A stretch of DNA of 64,000 bases. Source: Caldisericales bacterium. Its GTDB lineage: Bacteria; Caldisericota; Caldisericia; JAAYUI01. The translations under genes were made by a program, and so were the position numbers. Of this stretch, positions 28,158 through 36,435 are shown one piece after another. Below the pieces are notes generated by a model. It did not search any database, was not told the origin of the DNA, and was given only the letters and a program-made list of their open reading frames with translations. Each line of letters starts with the position of its first letter. Positions within the stretch are counted from its first letter, which is position 1. The stretch covers positions 17,180-81,179 of the forward strand of contig JAAYUI010000012.1 in the NCBI GenBank assembly GCA_012517765.1, written 5' to 3'.

Positions 28158-31100
28158 ATGAAGCATAGGTATATAGCTATTGTTTTGTCTGCACTAATAT
28201 TGCTGTCATCTTTTGTAGCAACACCTTTTATTAAAAATGCTGCAAGTGCCACTTTGTGGGTAAACGTAAAAGACCAGGCCTACATCCCTGGTCCACCAAC
28301 AAACGCAAATGTCAGCGTAAACACCGGGACTTCTACAGAGGCCTCGCTTGCGATTGACTCACTCGGAAGACCACATATCGCCTGGACAGACAACACAGGA
28401 ACAAGTCCAGTTGCCACAGACATATTTTATGCCTGGTGGGACGGAACAAACTGGGTGAATGCGCAAGGAACAATCTACAATGGTTCAAATGCCAATGTTT
28501 CAAAAACAAGGCTCGCTTCAATCAATCCGTCACTCCAGCTCGATTCCAACGACATGCCACACATCATATGGGTAGATGCGACATGGGGAAGCAATTATGA
28601 GCCAGCATATGTTTGTTGGGATCCAGTAGACAGTCAGTGGGAACAGGACAATGGCTCATCTTACGATGCCACTGGAAACTGCAGGATAAGCCCTCCTGGA
28701 CAAACCGACTACTACAATCCATGCATCAGGATCGACTCCAACAATCTCCCACACGTCTCAATGACGGCAGACGATAGGGGCGATAAAGAAATAATCTATG
28801 CAAGACTGACTGCTGCTGGATCAACAAACTGGGTGAGTCATAATGGCACTGCATGGTCCGGTGGTGGCGGTCTAGCCGCCGTCAATGTCAGCCAGACGCC
28901 GAACAGGGATTCTGATTTCCCGTCACTTTCTCTGGACACAAACAACAGGCCACATATTGCGTGGCAGGACATGAACTGGGGCATGGCATGGGAAATTGCT
29001 TATGTACGTTCAAATGGCACAAACTGGCTCAATGTCTCCGGGAACACATGGACACCAAACAGCCCCAACGTTTCCAACAACACTCCAATTTCCATAAGAC
29101 CATCCCTCGAACTTGACACAAACAACAGGCCACATATCGCATGGTCAAATATGACAGCCGGCGGGAATTTTGACGTTTTCTATGTCAGATGGAGCGGCTC
29201 TTCATGGGTCACCGTTACCAATGTTGTATATAATGGCATCAATGCAAATATCACAAACAACACTGGCGACTCGAACGCTCCATCTCTTGAGCTCGATTCG
29301 AGCGACAATCCGCACATATCATGGTCGGATATAACCTGGAACAGCAATTTTGAAATCTGCTATTTCTACTGGAACGGATCAAACTGGCTCTGTGGAAACA
29401 AACAGACATACTCTCCAATTGATGGGACAAATGTTGTTGTCAGCGCAAACTCCGGTGCGTCCCTCGAGCCATATCTTGTTATTGATACATCGGACATGCC
29501 ACACATCTCATGGGAAGACAACACATACGATTCAAACTGGGAAATAATGTATGTGAGGCTTTTCTTCAACATGACAGGCACTTTTGATCTCACAAAAGCA
29601 GTCGATGTCGATGGAGATCTTGATTTTGACGATGATACTGCACCAGTAAGGGGTGGCGACACACTTACCTACAGACTCACCTGGTCTTTCAACAACCCTG
29701 ACAATGATCCTCTTAGAAGCGCATACCTTACTGATGCAATACCAAACGGCACAACATACATCGGTGGCTCTGCTAACCCAGCAATAGATTCATACTCAAC
29801 TGATGGTGGTTTTTCATGGATCGCTGGTGATGCGCCAAATGGTTCCCCAAGCGGCACGATTCTTCGCTGGGCACTACCAAATGGTGCTGTTGCAATTACA
29901 TTCTTCTTCCAGGTACTGGTTGATGAGAGCGTTACTTCAAATATTTGCAACAGAGCAACCTTCAGGCACCGTTTTGACAGAAATATCCCGCTCGTTTCAA
30001 ATGAAGTTTGCAACACATCAGGTGACATCGGCTTTATAAAAACATCACCAAAGATAGATTACTTCTCCAATGAAGAAATTATCTTTACACTCACAGTAAA
30101 TTCAGCATTCAATGCTTCGTCCAATGTTGTAGTAACAGACACTTTCCCAGTTGAGCTCATGTATCTTTCCTCCTCAGAACCAGTTACGGTCAACGGAAAT
30201 ACAATACTGTGGGGCGTTGGTGACATGGCAGTGGGTGAGATCAGAACGTTGACCATCTCTTTCAGGGTCCTCCCTGACTACAATTTTGGCAATGAGCCAC
30301 TCACAGTGACAAACTATGCCACATGCACTGCCAGGGGCATTGAACCGGTCAACTCCCAGGCCACTGTCACAATCCATACTCGCGGTGTCACACTAACAAA
30401 AACTGTCAATCAGCGCTATTTCAGGAAAAATGAAATAGTCCAGTTTACTCTTGTTGTGACAAATGGCGGCACAGACCCACTCACCGAGGTCACTCTGGTC
30501 GATGAATTGCCAAATGTTCTTGCCTATATCCCGGTTGAACCTCCACTTGGAGAAGTTAAAAATGGCATCTGGACACTCTATATTGGCACTCTCATGCCAG
30601 GTGAATCATTAACTTATGTTTTGAGCTTCAACATTGATGAACACCAGATATTTGGCGAAGAGACCCTGGAATTTGTAAACAACGCAATACTCTTTACAAA
30701 CGAGCTTGATCCAATAACAGCCAAGGCACCTTTTGGGATATACAGGCCGAAAACACAAATAAAGAAGACCGCAAAAGCAATGGTGCTGAGGCCAACGGAC
30801 CTCATAGTCTTCACAGTAACTGTTTCGAATGTTGGTGGTGATATTGCAAGCGAAGTGTTCATGACAGACATGTTCCCAAGGGAGTTTGAATTTGTATCAT
30901 CAAGGCCTGCGAACCAGGCTGGTGCAGCTTCTGTGAAGTATGATATTGGCGACCTTCAGCCAGGACAGTCAAAGACCTTTGTTCTGACATTCAGGATCAA
31001 AAATCCGGACATGCTTCCAAGAACCAGCAACATGGTGCTTGTCAACACTGGGAAAGTGTCGGCTCTTGGTCTTCCGGACAAATACGCCTACGCAACAATC

Positions 31101-31415
31101 ATCATCGTTCCTGACAATGCCAGAAGAGAGCTCAGTGTTGTCGCTACCTGGAAGGGAATAGACACAAAAACCTCTGAAGGCAAAGCTGGCCAGGAAATGG
31201 AGCTCACAATAGTCTGCAAGGATGGCGCCTCACCATATGAAGTTACTGTCGATTTCGGAGACAGCTCCAAAAAAGAAACTTTCACCGCAATAAATGAAGA
31301 ACCTCACACACTTGCACACACCTACACCTCAGCTGGTGACTACAAAGTGGTCATTTCCGTAGACGATGCTTTCGGCCTCAACAAGAAGGTCGAAAGAACC
31401 GTCCACATGAAATAA
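28158..31415 (+). CDS. Giant secreted protein: 7-bladed 'PHIxW' repeat propeller, DUF11-type repeat domains and a C-terminal PKD domain
   Basis: 1085 aa. Signal peptide MKHRYIAIVLSALILLSSFVA. Seven ~60-aa repeats are present. DUF11-like modules: LTKTVNQRYFRKNEIVQFTLVVTNGGTDPLTEVTLVDELP and IKKTAKAMVLRPTDLIVFTVTVSNVGGDIASEVFMTDMFP. PKD-like end: YEVTVDFGDSS..HTYTSAGDYKVVISVDDAFG. Confidence 0.9.
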   Translation: MKHRYIAIVLSALILLSSFVATPFIKNAASATLWVNVKDQAYIPGPPTNANVSVNTGTSTEASLAIDSLGRPHIAWTDNTGTSPVATDIFYAWWDGTNWVNAQGTIYNGSNANVSKTRLASINPSLQLDSNDMPHIIWVDATWGSNYEPAYVCWDPVDSQWEQDNGSSYDATGNCRISPPGQTDYYNPCIRIDSNNLPHVSMTADDRGDKEIIYARLTAAGSTNWVSHNGTAWSGGGGLAAVNVSQTPNRDSDFPSLSLDTNNRPHIAWQDMNWGMAWEIAYVRSNGTNWLNVSGNTWTPNSPNVSNNTPISIRPSLELDTNNRPHIAWSNMTAGGNFDVFYVRWSGSSWVTVTNVVYNGINANITNNTGDSNAPSLELDSSDNPHISWSDITWNSNFEICYFYWNGSNWLCGNKQTYSPIDGTNVVVSANSGASLEPYLVIDTSDMPHISWEDNTYDSNWEIMYVRLFFNMTGTFDLTKAVDVDGDLDFDDDTAPVRGGDTLTYRLTWSFNNPDNDPLRSAYLTDAIPNGTTYIGGSANPAIDSYSTDGGFSWIAGDAPNGSPSGTILRWALPNGAVAITFFFQVLVDESVTSNICNRATFRHRFDRNIPLVSNEVCNTSGDIGFIKTSPKIDYFSNEEIIFTLTVNSAFNASSNVVVTDTFPVELMYLSSSEPVTVNGNTILWGVGDMAVGEIRTLTISFRVLPDYNFGNEPLTVTNYATCTARGIEPVNSQATVTIHTRGVTLTKTVNQRYFRKNEIVQFTLVVTNGGTDPLTEVTLVDELPNVLAYIPVEPPLGEVKNGIWTLYIGTLMPGESLTYVLSFNIDEHQIFGEETLEFVNNAILFTNELDPITAKAPFGIYRPKTQIKKTAKAMVLRPTDLIVFTVTVSNVGGDIASEVFMTDMFPREFEFVSSRPANQAGAASVKYDIGDLQPGQSKTFVLTFRIKNPDMLPRTSNMVLVNTGKVSALGLPDKYAYATIIIVPDNARRELSVVATWKGIDTKTSEGKAGQEMELTIVCKDGASPYEVTVDFGDSSKKETFTAINEEPHTLAHTYTSAGDYKVVISVDDAFGLNKKVERTVHMK
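28344..29567 (+). repeat. Seven tandem ~60-codon intragenic repeats (propeller blades)
   Basis: Blade cores: SLAIDSLGRPHIAW, SLQLDSNDMPHIIW, CIRIDSNNLPHVSM, SLSLDTNNRPHIAW, SLELDTNNRPHIAW, SLELDSSDNPHISW, YLVIDTSDMPHISW. Each is followed by xxEIxYvrWnGxNW. An identical 23-nt string gacacaaacaacaggccacatat occurs at 28935 and 29115, exactly 180 nt apart. Confidence 0.8.
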
Positions 31416-31433
31416 ATTAGGCAACAACCAATT

Positions 31434-31466
31434 AAAAAAGGCCCTCCATTATGGAGGGCCTTTTTT
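31434..31466. terminator. Bidirectional rho-independent terminator between convergent genes
   Basis: AAAAAA-GGCCCTCC-attat-GGAGGGCC-TTTTTT: an 8-10 bp GC-rich stem flanked by an A-run and a T-run. Confidence 0.8.
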
Positions 31467-31493
31467 AATATCAAAGCAAAACCCAAATCCAGA

Positions 31494-32474
31494 TTACTTT
31501 GAATGCCTGTAATACCTCATTTCGGCATATCTGTTCACAAAACCTATCCTTTCATAGAGGCGCTGGGCGCCCTTGTTGGCATATTCGACATGCAGATAAA
31601 TATCTCCCCTGGACTCCTTTACGGCCGTTTCTATAAGTTTTCTCCCAATCCCGTGGCTACGATTGTTCTGGTCCACCCCGACAAAAAGAAGGCACTTGTC
31701 GGGGATGTAACCCTGCATTCTCGTTTCGAGCATCACCACAGCACCAAGCACTTGCTTGCCCTGTACAGCAAGGACAATAAAACCGCCCTTTCGCGGATCA
31801 CCACCTATGGCATCATCTATACCCCTTAGCGTGTCCTCAAAAGTATCTTCGTAAGGGTGGAGGGCATCCATAATAAAACGCGCAAGGCCGTCGGCCGTTG
31901 TAAAGAATTCTAGCGAACCCAGCGAATCAACTCTATAGATTTCTACTTTCCCACAATCACCATCAAATGTGCCAACAAGCATAGGGTCATCATCCTCATT
32001 TTTAGCTAGTCCGTCTGTTTCAAGCGCTGATGCAAGCTTTGAGACCATTGGGCCAAAAATTTCCTTGTCCCAGGACCCAAGTGATTCAAGAGCATCTTCA
32101 AGTCCAGAGGGCGGGAGACAATCAAGTTTTTCTTCTCCCTTTTTGGTTATCGCAATGACGACAGACCGCCTGTCACGCTTTGACTGGTTTTTCTTCACCA
32201 TCTTTTTCGCTTCAAGCCTGCTTACCACACCAGTTAAGGTAGAAATGCTTATTGAAACAGAATTGGAGAGTTCGCTTGCAGTCATGGGGCCCTTGCGTAG
32301 AAGTTCCTGCATGACAGAGAGTTGTGGCAAGGTAAGCCCTGACTTGCTTACCGCAAGCTTTGATCTTTTTGCAATCGCATGATTGATCTTCCTGATTGAG
32401 CCCAAGATGTCAGTTTCAGTATAAGTTTTTTCCATAGATTGCCCTCTATTTTTTTGATTAAGAACATTATACAT
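31494..32474 (-). CDS. MarR-type winged-helix domain fused to a GNAT acetyltransferase domain
   Basis: 326 aa. MarR wHTH: LTLPQLSVMQELLRKGPMTASELSNSVSISISTLTGVVSRLEAKKMVKKNQSKRDRRSVVIAITKKGEE. GNAT: VLGAVVMLE..LLFVGVDQNNRSHGIGRKLIETAV..LHVEYANKGAQRLYERIGF. An alternative ATG lies at 32435 (MEKTYTE). Confidence 0.85.
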   Translation of the reverse strand: MYNVLNQKNRGQSMEKTYTETDILGSIRKINHAIAKRSKLAVSKSGLTLPQLSVMQELLRKGPMTASELSNSVSISISTLTGVVSRLEAKKMVKKNQSKRDRRSVVIAITKKGEEKLDCLPPSGLEDALESLGSWDKEIFGPMVSKLASALETDGLAKNEDDDPMLVGTFDGDCGKVEIYRVDSLGSLEFFTTADGLARFIMDALHPYEDTFEDTLRGIDDAIGGDPRKGGFIVLAVQGKQVLGAVVMLETRMQGYIPDKCLLFVGVDQNNRSHGIGRKLIETAVKESRGDIYLHVEYANKGAQRLYERIGFVNRYAEMRYYRHSK

Positions 32475-32602
32475 AAAATGCTGTTTATTACAAAATTTAA
32501 ATGAGCCATATTTAATTATGTAAATAGCATATTCCTACACATTTTAGTTTCAGTTGAAACGATCTCTCAGTAACTTGAAGAACAATCTTGCACAAGATAT
32601 AA

Positions 32603-33028
32603 TTGGTGTGGAGGTACAACATGGACAAAACCGAAGTTTCACAGATTAAAACATCAGGTATCATACTTGGAATTACATTTCTTTTCGTACCAATAGTGGC
32701 ACTCATCTATTCATTCGCCACATTCAAGAAAAACGAGAGAACCCTCATTGCTCAGTGGGATAAGGTCTCCCCTGAAAACAAGGAGAAACTCAGAGCAATG
32801 AGCTCTGCACTCCTTGCAACATGGCACGCGGCATTTGCCCAGCTTGGGCTTTCATTGATTGTAGCAGCGTTCCTAGGCTATATATATGGGTTCGATGCAT
32901 TGAACAAAACCGCCTCTACAAACACATTTATGTTCTTCTTCATAGTTGCTGCAGTAATCGTTCAGGTCTGGGCTGGAGTAAATGGATTTATTCTCTCCAG
33001 GAACACCTATTCCCAAGAAGCCAAATAA
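32603..33028 (+). CDS. Small integral membrane protein (3 predicted TM helices)
   Basis: 141 aa from TTG. ATG 32621 (MDKTEV) with GGTGTGGAGG upstream is more likely. Hydrophobic segments: GIILGITFLFVPIVALIYSF, LGLSLIVAAFLGYIYGF, FMFFFIVAAVIVQVWAGV. The 3' end overlaps convergent ahcY by 22 nt. Confidence 0.6.
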   Translation: MVWRYNMDKTEVSQIKTSGIILGITFLFVPIVALIYSFATFKKNERTLIAQWDKVSPENKEKLRAMSSALLATWHAAFAQLGLSLIVAAFLGYIYGFDALNKTASTNTFMFFFIVAAVIVQVWAGVNGFILSRNTYSQEAK

Positions 33029-34236
33029 CGAACTTGCTCTTCAGTCAATTGGTCGATCTTTACTCCAACTGATTCTAATTTGAGCCTGGCAACGTCTATA
33101 TCCACCTTTTGTGGAACAGGGACCACTTCCTTTGCTAGGCTCTTTCCATTTTCCAGGCCATAAAGCAGGGAAAGTGACTGTAAAGAAAACGAGAGGTCCA
33201 TGATCTCCGCAGGGTGGCCATCGGCACACACCAGATTGACAAGTCTTCCCTCGCCAAGCACATAGATTTTTTTTCCAGAAGGCAGTATGTATTCCTGGAT
33301 ATTGTTTCTGGCTTCTCTGTGAGAAACCGCATAGTTTCTGAGTTGAGCCATCGACACTTCCACATCAAAATGTCCGGCATTACAAAGGATTGCCCCATCT
33401 TTCAACAGATCAAAATGCCTTCTATCGATTATGTTTATATCACCTGTTGCGGTCACAAAGATGTCGCCAATTCTGGCTGCATCTTTCATCTCCATGACCT
33501 CACAGCCGTCAAAATAGGCTTCCATTGCCCTGATAGGGTTAACTTCAGTCGCTACAACCCTGGCGCCAAGACCTTTTGCTCTCATTGCAAGTCCCCTGCC
33601 TACCCAGCCATAACCGGCTATTACAACTGTTTTCCCACACACTGTGAGGTTGGTGGTCCTCATTATCCCGTCCCAGGAGGACTGGCCGGTTCCATATCTG
33701 TTATCAAAAAGGTATTTACTCTGGGCATCATTTACTGCAATTACGGGGCATGGCAATTTGCCTTCCCGTGCAAGCGCCCTCATCCTGGTCAAACCAGAAG
33801 TTGTTTCTTCTGTTGCACAAAGGACTTTCATGTTTGGGTGCTTTCTGACCATTGTCACAACAAGATCAGCACCATCATCAAGCACAAGGTCAGGACCAAT
33901 TGCCAGGGTACTCTCAATGTTTTCTTCATGCTCGGTCTCGCTTTCACCTCTTCTTGCAAAAACATTTACCCCAAGGGAGGCCAGGCCAGCAGTAACATCG
34001 TCTTGTGCAGTGAGGGGATTTGATGAACAAATTGCAACCTCGGCACCTGATAATTTGAGTACCTTTGCAAGATATGCGGTTTTAGCCTCGAGATGTATCG
34101 ACATTGAGATTTTGACCCCATCAAACCTGCCCTTCAGATACTCCGAGAGATTTGTAAGAACAGGCATTCTTTTTGAAACCCATTCTATTTTCAAAAGCCC
34201 TGAATTTTTCAATTTTTCGTCATAAATTCTACTCAT
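33007..34236 (-). CDS. ahcY: Adenosylhomocysteinase (short ~410-aa form)
   Basis: 409 aa. NAD Rossmann motif: VVIAGYGWVGRGLAMRAKGLGARVVATEVNPIRAMEA. N-terminal substrate domain: HLEAKTAYL, SSNPLTAQDDV. SD AAGGAGGAA upstream. Confidence 0.95.
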   Translation of the reverse strand: MSRIYDEKLKNSGLLKIEWVSKRMPVLTNLSEYLKGRFDGVKISMSIHLEAKTAYLAKVLKLSGAEVAICSSNPLTAQDDVTAGLASLGVNVFARRGESETEHEENIESTLAIGPDLVLDDGADLVVTMVRKHPNMKVLCATEETTSGLTRMRALAREGKLPCPVIAVNDAQSKYLFDNRYGTGQSSWDGIMRTTNLTVCGKTVVIAGYGWVGRGLAMRAKGLGARVVATEVNPIRAMEAYFDGCEVMEMKDAARIGDIFVTATGDINIIDRRHFDLLKDGAILCNAGHFDVEVSMAQLRNYAVSHREARNNIQEYILPSGKKIYVLGEGRLVNLVCADGHPAEIMDLSFSLQSLSLLYGLENGKSLAKEVVPVPQKVDIDVARLKLESVGVKIDQLTEEQVRYLASWE

Positions 34237-34317
34237 TGATGTTCCTCCTTGTGCAAAAACAAAATAGCAGAATTGTTGTTTATTGAAAAGAACGCAAGCC
34301 CTGCTAGAATGCTCTGC

Positions 34318-35121
34318 ATGGATAGGAAAACGATTGCCCTCGTTGTTGCTGGTATTCTTGCCTTTGCATCAATCATACTCGATCAACTTGGTCTTATAGG
34401 AGGCCTGAAGAACGGTTTTTTCATATATATTCTTGTTGCAGTCCTCATCGTCGGCATCGGAATTGCAAGCAAAAACAGGGGTATCCTTGCAGCATCAATC
34501 ATTTTTGGTGTTGCGCTCTCGATTGGCAAGGCAATATCAATGGGATATGTACCTATTGAGGGTTTTAATGACAGATACTTCAACTTCATTGAAATTATAC
34601 TCCCTGGAACGATCCTGGGTATAACCCTGTGGCAGAAAAAACGCACTCTTTCATATTGTTTTTCAACACTCTTCCTGTCATTCCTTGCTGCATCTCTTGT
34701 TAAAGCTGGCTTGGTCTATCCCGTCTGGTCATGGATTTCACTTGGCCTATCTTTTATTGGATCAATATGGATCATCCTGTGGTCGTCAAATTTTGGAACG
34801 GTTAATACAAAAAGCAGGTACCTTTCAGTGCTTGGGCCTGTTTTTGCTGTTTTTCTGGCCACCAATCTTCCAATTGAAGGTCCCTTTACAACAACGGCGC
34901 TTATTTTGTCAATCCTGGTATCTTCACTTTCATGTTTCTTCATTGTCCAGTCCAGAGGCGGAGTTCTGGCCGTTTCAGCAATGCTGCTGGCAATTTCATG
35001 GCCAATAATGCCAACGAACTACTGGTTCGGATGGCTTCCTTCAATTCTTGGTGCATTGGCATTTCTTTGTATCGGGATATATCTTGCCCAGACAAGGACC
35101 CAAAACGACCCTATAGAATGA
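34318..35121 (+). CDS. Polytopic membrane protein of unknown function
   Basis: About 267 aa from ATG 34318 (MDRKTIALVVAGILAFASIIL); the track ORF starts at upstream TTG 34249. There are about 8 hydrophobic helices and I recognised no motif. Confidence 0.7.
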   Translation: MDRKTIALVVAGILAFASIILDQLGLIGGLKNGFFIYILVAVLIVGIGIASKNRGILAASIIFGVALSIGKAISMGYVPIEGFNDRYFNFIEIILPGTILGITLWQKKRTLSYCFSTLFLSFLAASLVKAGLVYPVWSWISLGLSFIGSIWIILWSSNFGTVNTKSRYLSVLGPVFAVFLATNLPIEGPFTTTALILSILVSSLSCFFIVQSRGGVLAVSAMLLAISWPIMPTNYWFGWLPSILGALAFLCIGIYLAQTRTQNDPIE

Positions 35122-35272
35122 TTTTGCTCTATAATTGGGTCATTTTTGCACATGATTAAGCCACTTCCAGTAAATGTATCCTTAAGGGGGCAGGCACAGA
35201 TATGAAAAAATTATATTCTAAAGCTATTTTCTCGCATGCTCCCATAAAATACCGGGGCCCGCATTCTTATCG

Positions 35273-35300
35273 TTGACAAGAGTTGCAGCACTTTTAGAAT
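35273..35300 (+). promoter_or_regulatory. Sigma70-like promoter
   Basis: TTGACA-N16-TAGAAT ends 21 nt before ATG 35322, with SD AAAGAGGA between. Confidence 0.45.
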
Positions 35301-35321
35301 CCAAAAAGAGGATAAAACAAC

Positions 35322-35774
35322 ATGAACATCTGCCCAAAATGCAAAACAATATGTGACGAAACCGATGATATTTGCCCAAAATGTGGCGAAGATTTCTCCG
35401 AGTACGACGAAGAGGAACTCCAGTCAGGATTTGATCCCGAAATCCTATACATGGCTGACAATCTGGCGGAAGCACAGGCCATAGTGGAGTTTTTGAAGGA
35501 CAATGATATTGCTGCAACATATATTGACCAGACTTCACCAATGAGATTCATGACGGCAATGAGGCCATCTTCTGCCAACTCAATTCCAGTTCTCGTTCCT
35601 GATGAATCACTTGACGAGGCGCAGGAGATGCTTGAAGAGTATCTCGCGGCAGTTCCGGACATTGCCGGTGAGTTTGAAGACGAGGGCGACGAGGAAGATT
35701 TTGAAATGGATGATGATGATTTTGACGATGATGACGAGGAAGACGAAGAGTACAAAGGCTCCCAGATCTGCTAG
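35322..35774 (+). CDS. Zinc-ribbon + DUF2007-like domain protein with poly-acidic C-terminal tail
   Basis: 150 aa. Zn ribbon: CPKCKTICDETDDICPKCG. The central EILYMADNLAEAQAIVEFLKDNDIAATYID...IPVLVPDESLDEAQEMLEEYL resembles the DUF2007 'putative signal transducing' fold. Tail: EFEDEGDEEDFEMDDDDFDDDDEEDEEY. It is monocistronic, with its own promoter and terminator. Confidence 0.8.
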   Translation: MNICPKCKTICDETDDICPKCGEDFSEYDEEELQSGFDPEILYMADNLAEAQAIVEFLKDNDIAATYIDQTSPMRFMTAMRPSSANSIPVLVPDESLDEAQEMLEEYLAAVPDIAGEFEDEGDEEDFEMDDDDFDDDDEEDEEYKGSQIC

Positions 35775-35796
35775 CAACCTCTGACCAAGCCATCTC

Positions 35797-35833
35797 AAAA
35801 AACCAAGTTACCCAAAGCGGAACTTGGTTTTTT
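35797..35833 (+). terminator. Rho-independent terminator
   Basis: AACCAAGTT-acccaaagcgg-AACTTGGTT is a perfect 9-bp stem followed by TTTTTTATTTT. Confidence 0.7.
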
Positions 35834-35852
35834 ATTTTGGTCCGACAAATGC

Positions 35853-35882
35853 AAAAAGGCCAGCTTGAAAGCTGGCCTTTTT
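35853..35882 (-). terminator. Rho-independent terminator for the minus-strand Ig-like gene
   Basis: AAAAA-GGCCAGC-ttgaaa-GCTGGCC-TTTTT. It lies 23 nt downstream of the minus-strand stop at 35905. Confidence 0.65.
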
Positions 35883-35904
35883 GATCTAGAGCTGATCCCT
35901 GAAA

Positions 35905-36435
35905 CTATTCTCTTCCGGTCCCTGGTGAAACGATGTTGATTGTAAGCGGACGCTTGCGATACCTGACATCAAGGTTCGGGTTGACCGTGCGTTCTGTCCT
36001 GCCTGCCTTGTCGGTTGCCCTTGTCAGAAGCTGGTAGGTTGAGCCCTGGATTGATGTGTTGAGCTCATAGGACCACTCATTTGTCTTGGTGTTCAGGTTT
36101 GCCTTGAACCATGTTGATCCACCGTCAAGTGATACTTCAATACCACTAACCGGGGCCTGGCCTTTGCATTCGCCCATCAGATCAAACGGAAGCCTGATTG
36201 TGTCATTCTCAAGAACATTGCTGCACCAGCTCTTTGGCGTCGGATCCGATGCCAAATCGGTATCAGCTGACCCACCGGTGGCTGCACCTGCGGGTGGTGG
36301 AGGAGGCGCACCGCCTCCAGAGGGGCATCAGCCATATGGTCTGAAGACCGTTGACCCATTTGTTCCAAAGGTCGCCGGGATCATCAAACCACAGGCTAAG
36401 GCAAACAGTACTGAAACAACTATAAGTTTCTTCAT
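35905..36435 (-). CDS. Secreted Ig-like domain protein whose reading frame carries one in-frame TGA (36330-36328): candidate selenoprotein, readthrough gene or recent pseudogene
   Basis: ATG 36435 has AAGGAG 8 nt upstream and gives signal peptide MKKLIVVSVLFALACGLMIPATFG..RPYG. TGA follows, then the same frame continues as CPSGGGAPPPPPAGAATGG...GIEVSLDGGSTWFKANL... to TAG at 35905. The downstream track ORF starts only at a TTG with no SD. Confidence 0.5.

Noticed and set aside
34237-34317. A possible SAH riboswitch upstream of ahcY, and a T-box upstream of alaS (52481-52498).
   Set aside because: The ahcY leader is about 80 nt, AT-rich, and lacks the GC-rich pseudoknot core of SAH riboswitches. 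alaS follows sepF after only 18 nt, so a T-box leader cannot fit.
35202-35276. A 24-codon ORF (MKKLYSKAIFSHAPIKYRGPHSYR) in the spacer upstream of the zinc-ribbon gene.
   Set aside because: It is very short and overlaps the predicted -35 element. It has only a moderate SD, and I cannot assess its conservation.
35294-35755. A minus-strand ORF encoding poly-serine (SSSSSSSSKSSSSISKSSSS...).
   Set aside because: It is the antisense reading of the GAA/GAT/GAC-rich acidic tail of the zinc-ribbon/DUF2007 gene. It has no SD, and the plus-strand gene has its own promoter, SD and terminator.
36328-36330. The idea that TGA is reassigned genome-wide (code 4 or code 25).
   Set aside because: TGA terminates several well-delimited conserved genes at their expected C-termini: the ABC exporter at 23754-23756, pmbA at 26704-26706, the GerMN gene at 10379-10381 and the 1073-aa gene at 4608-4610. 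The in-frame TGA at 36328 is therefore a local event.
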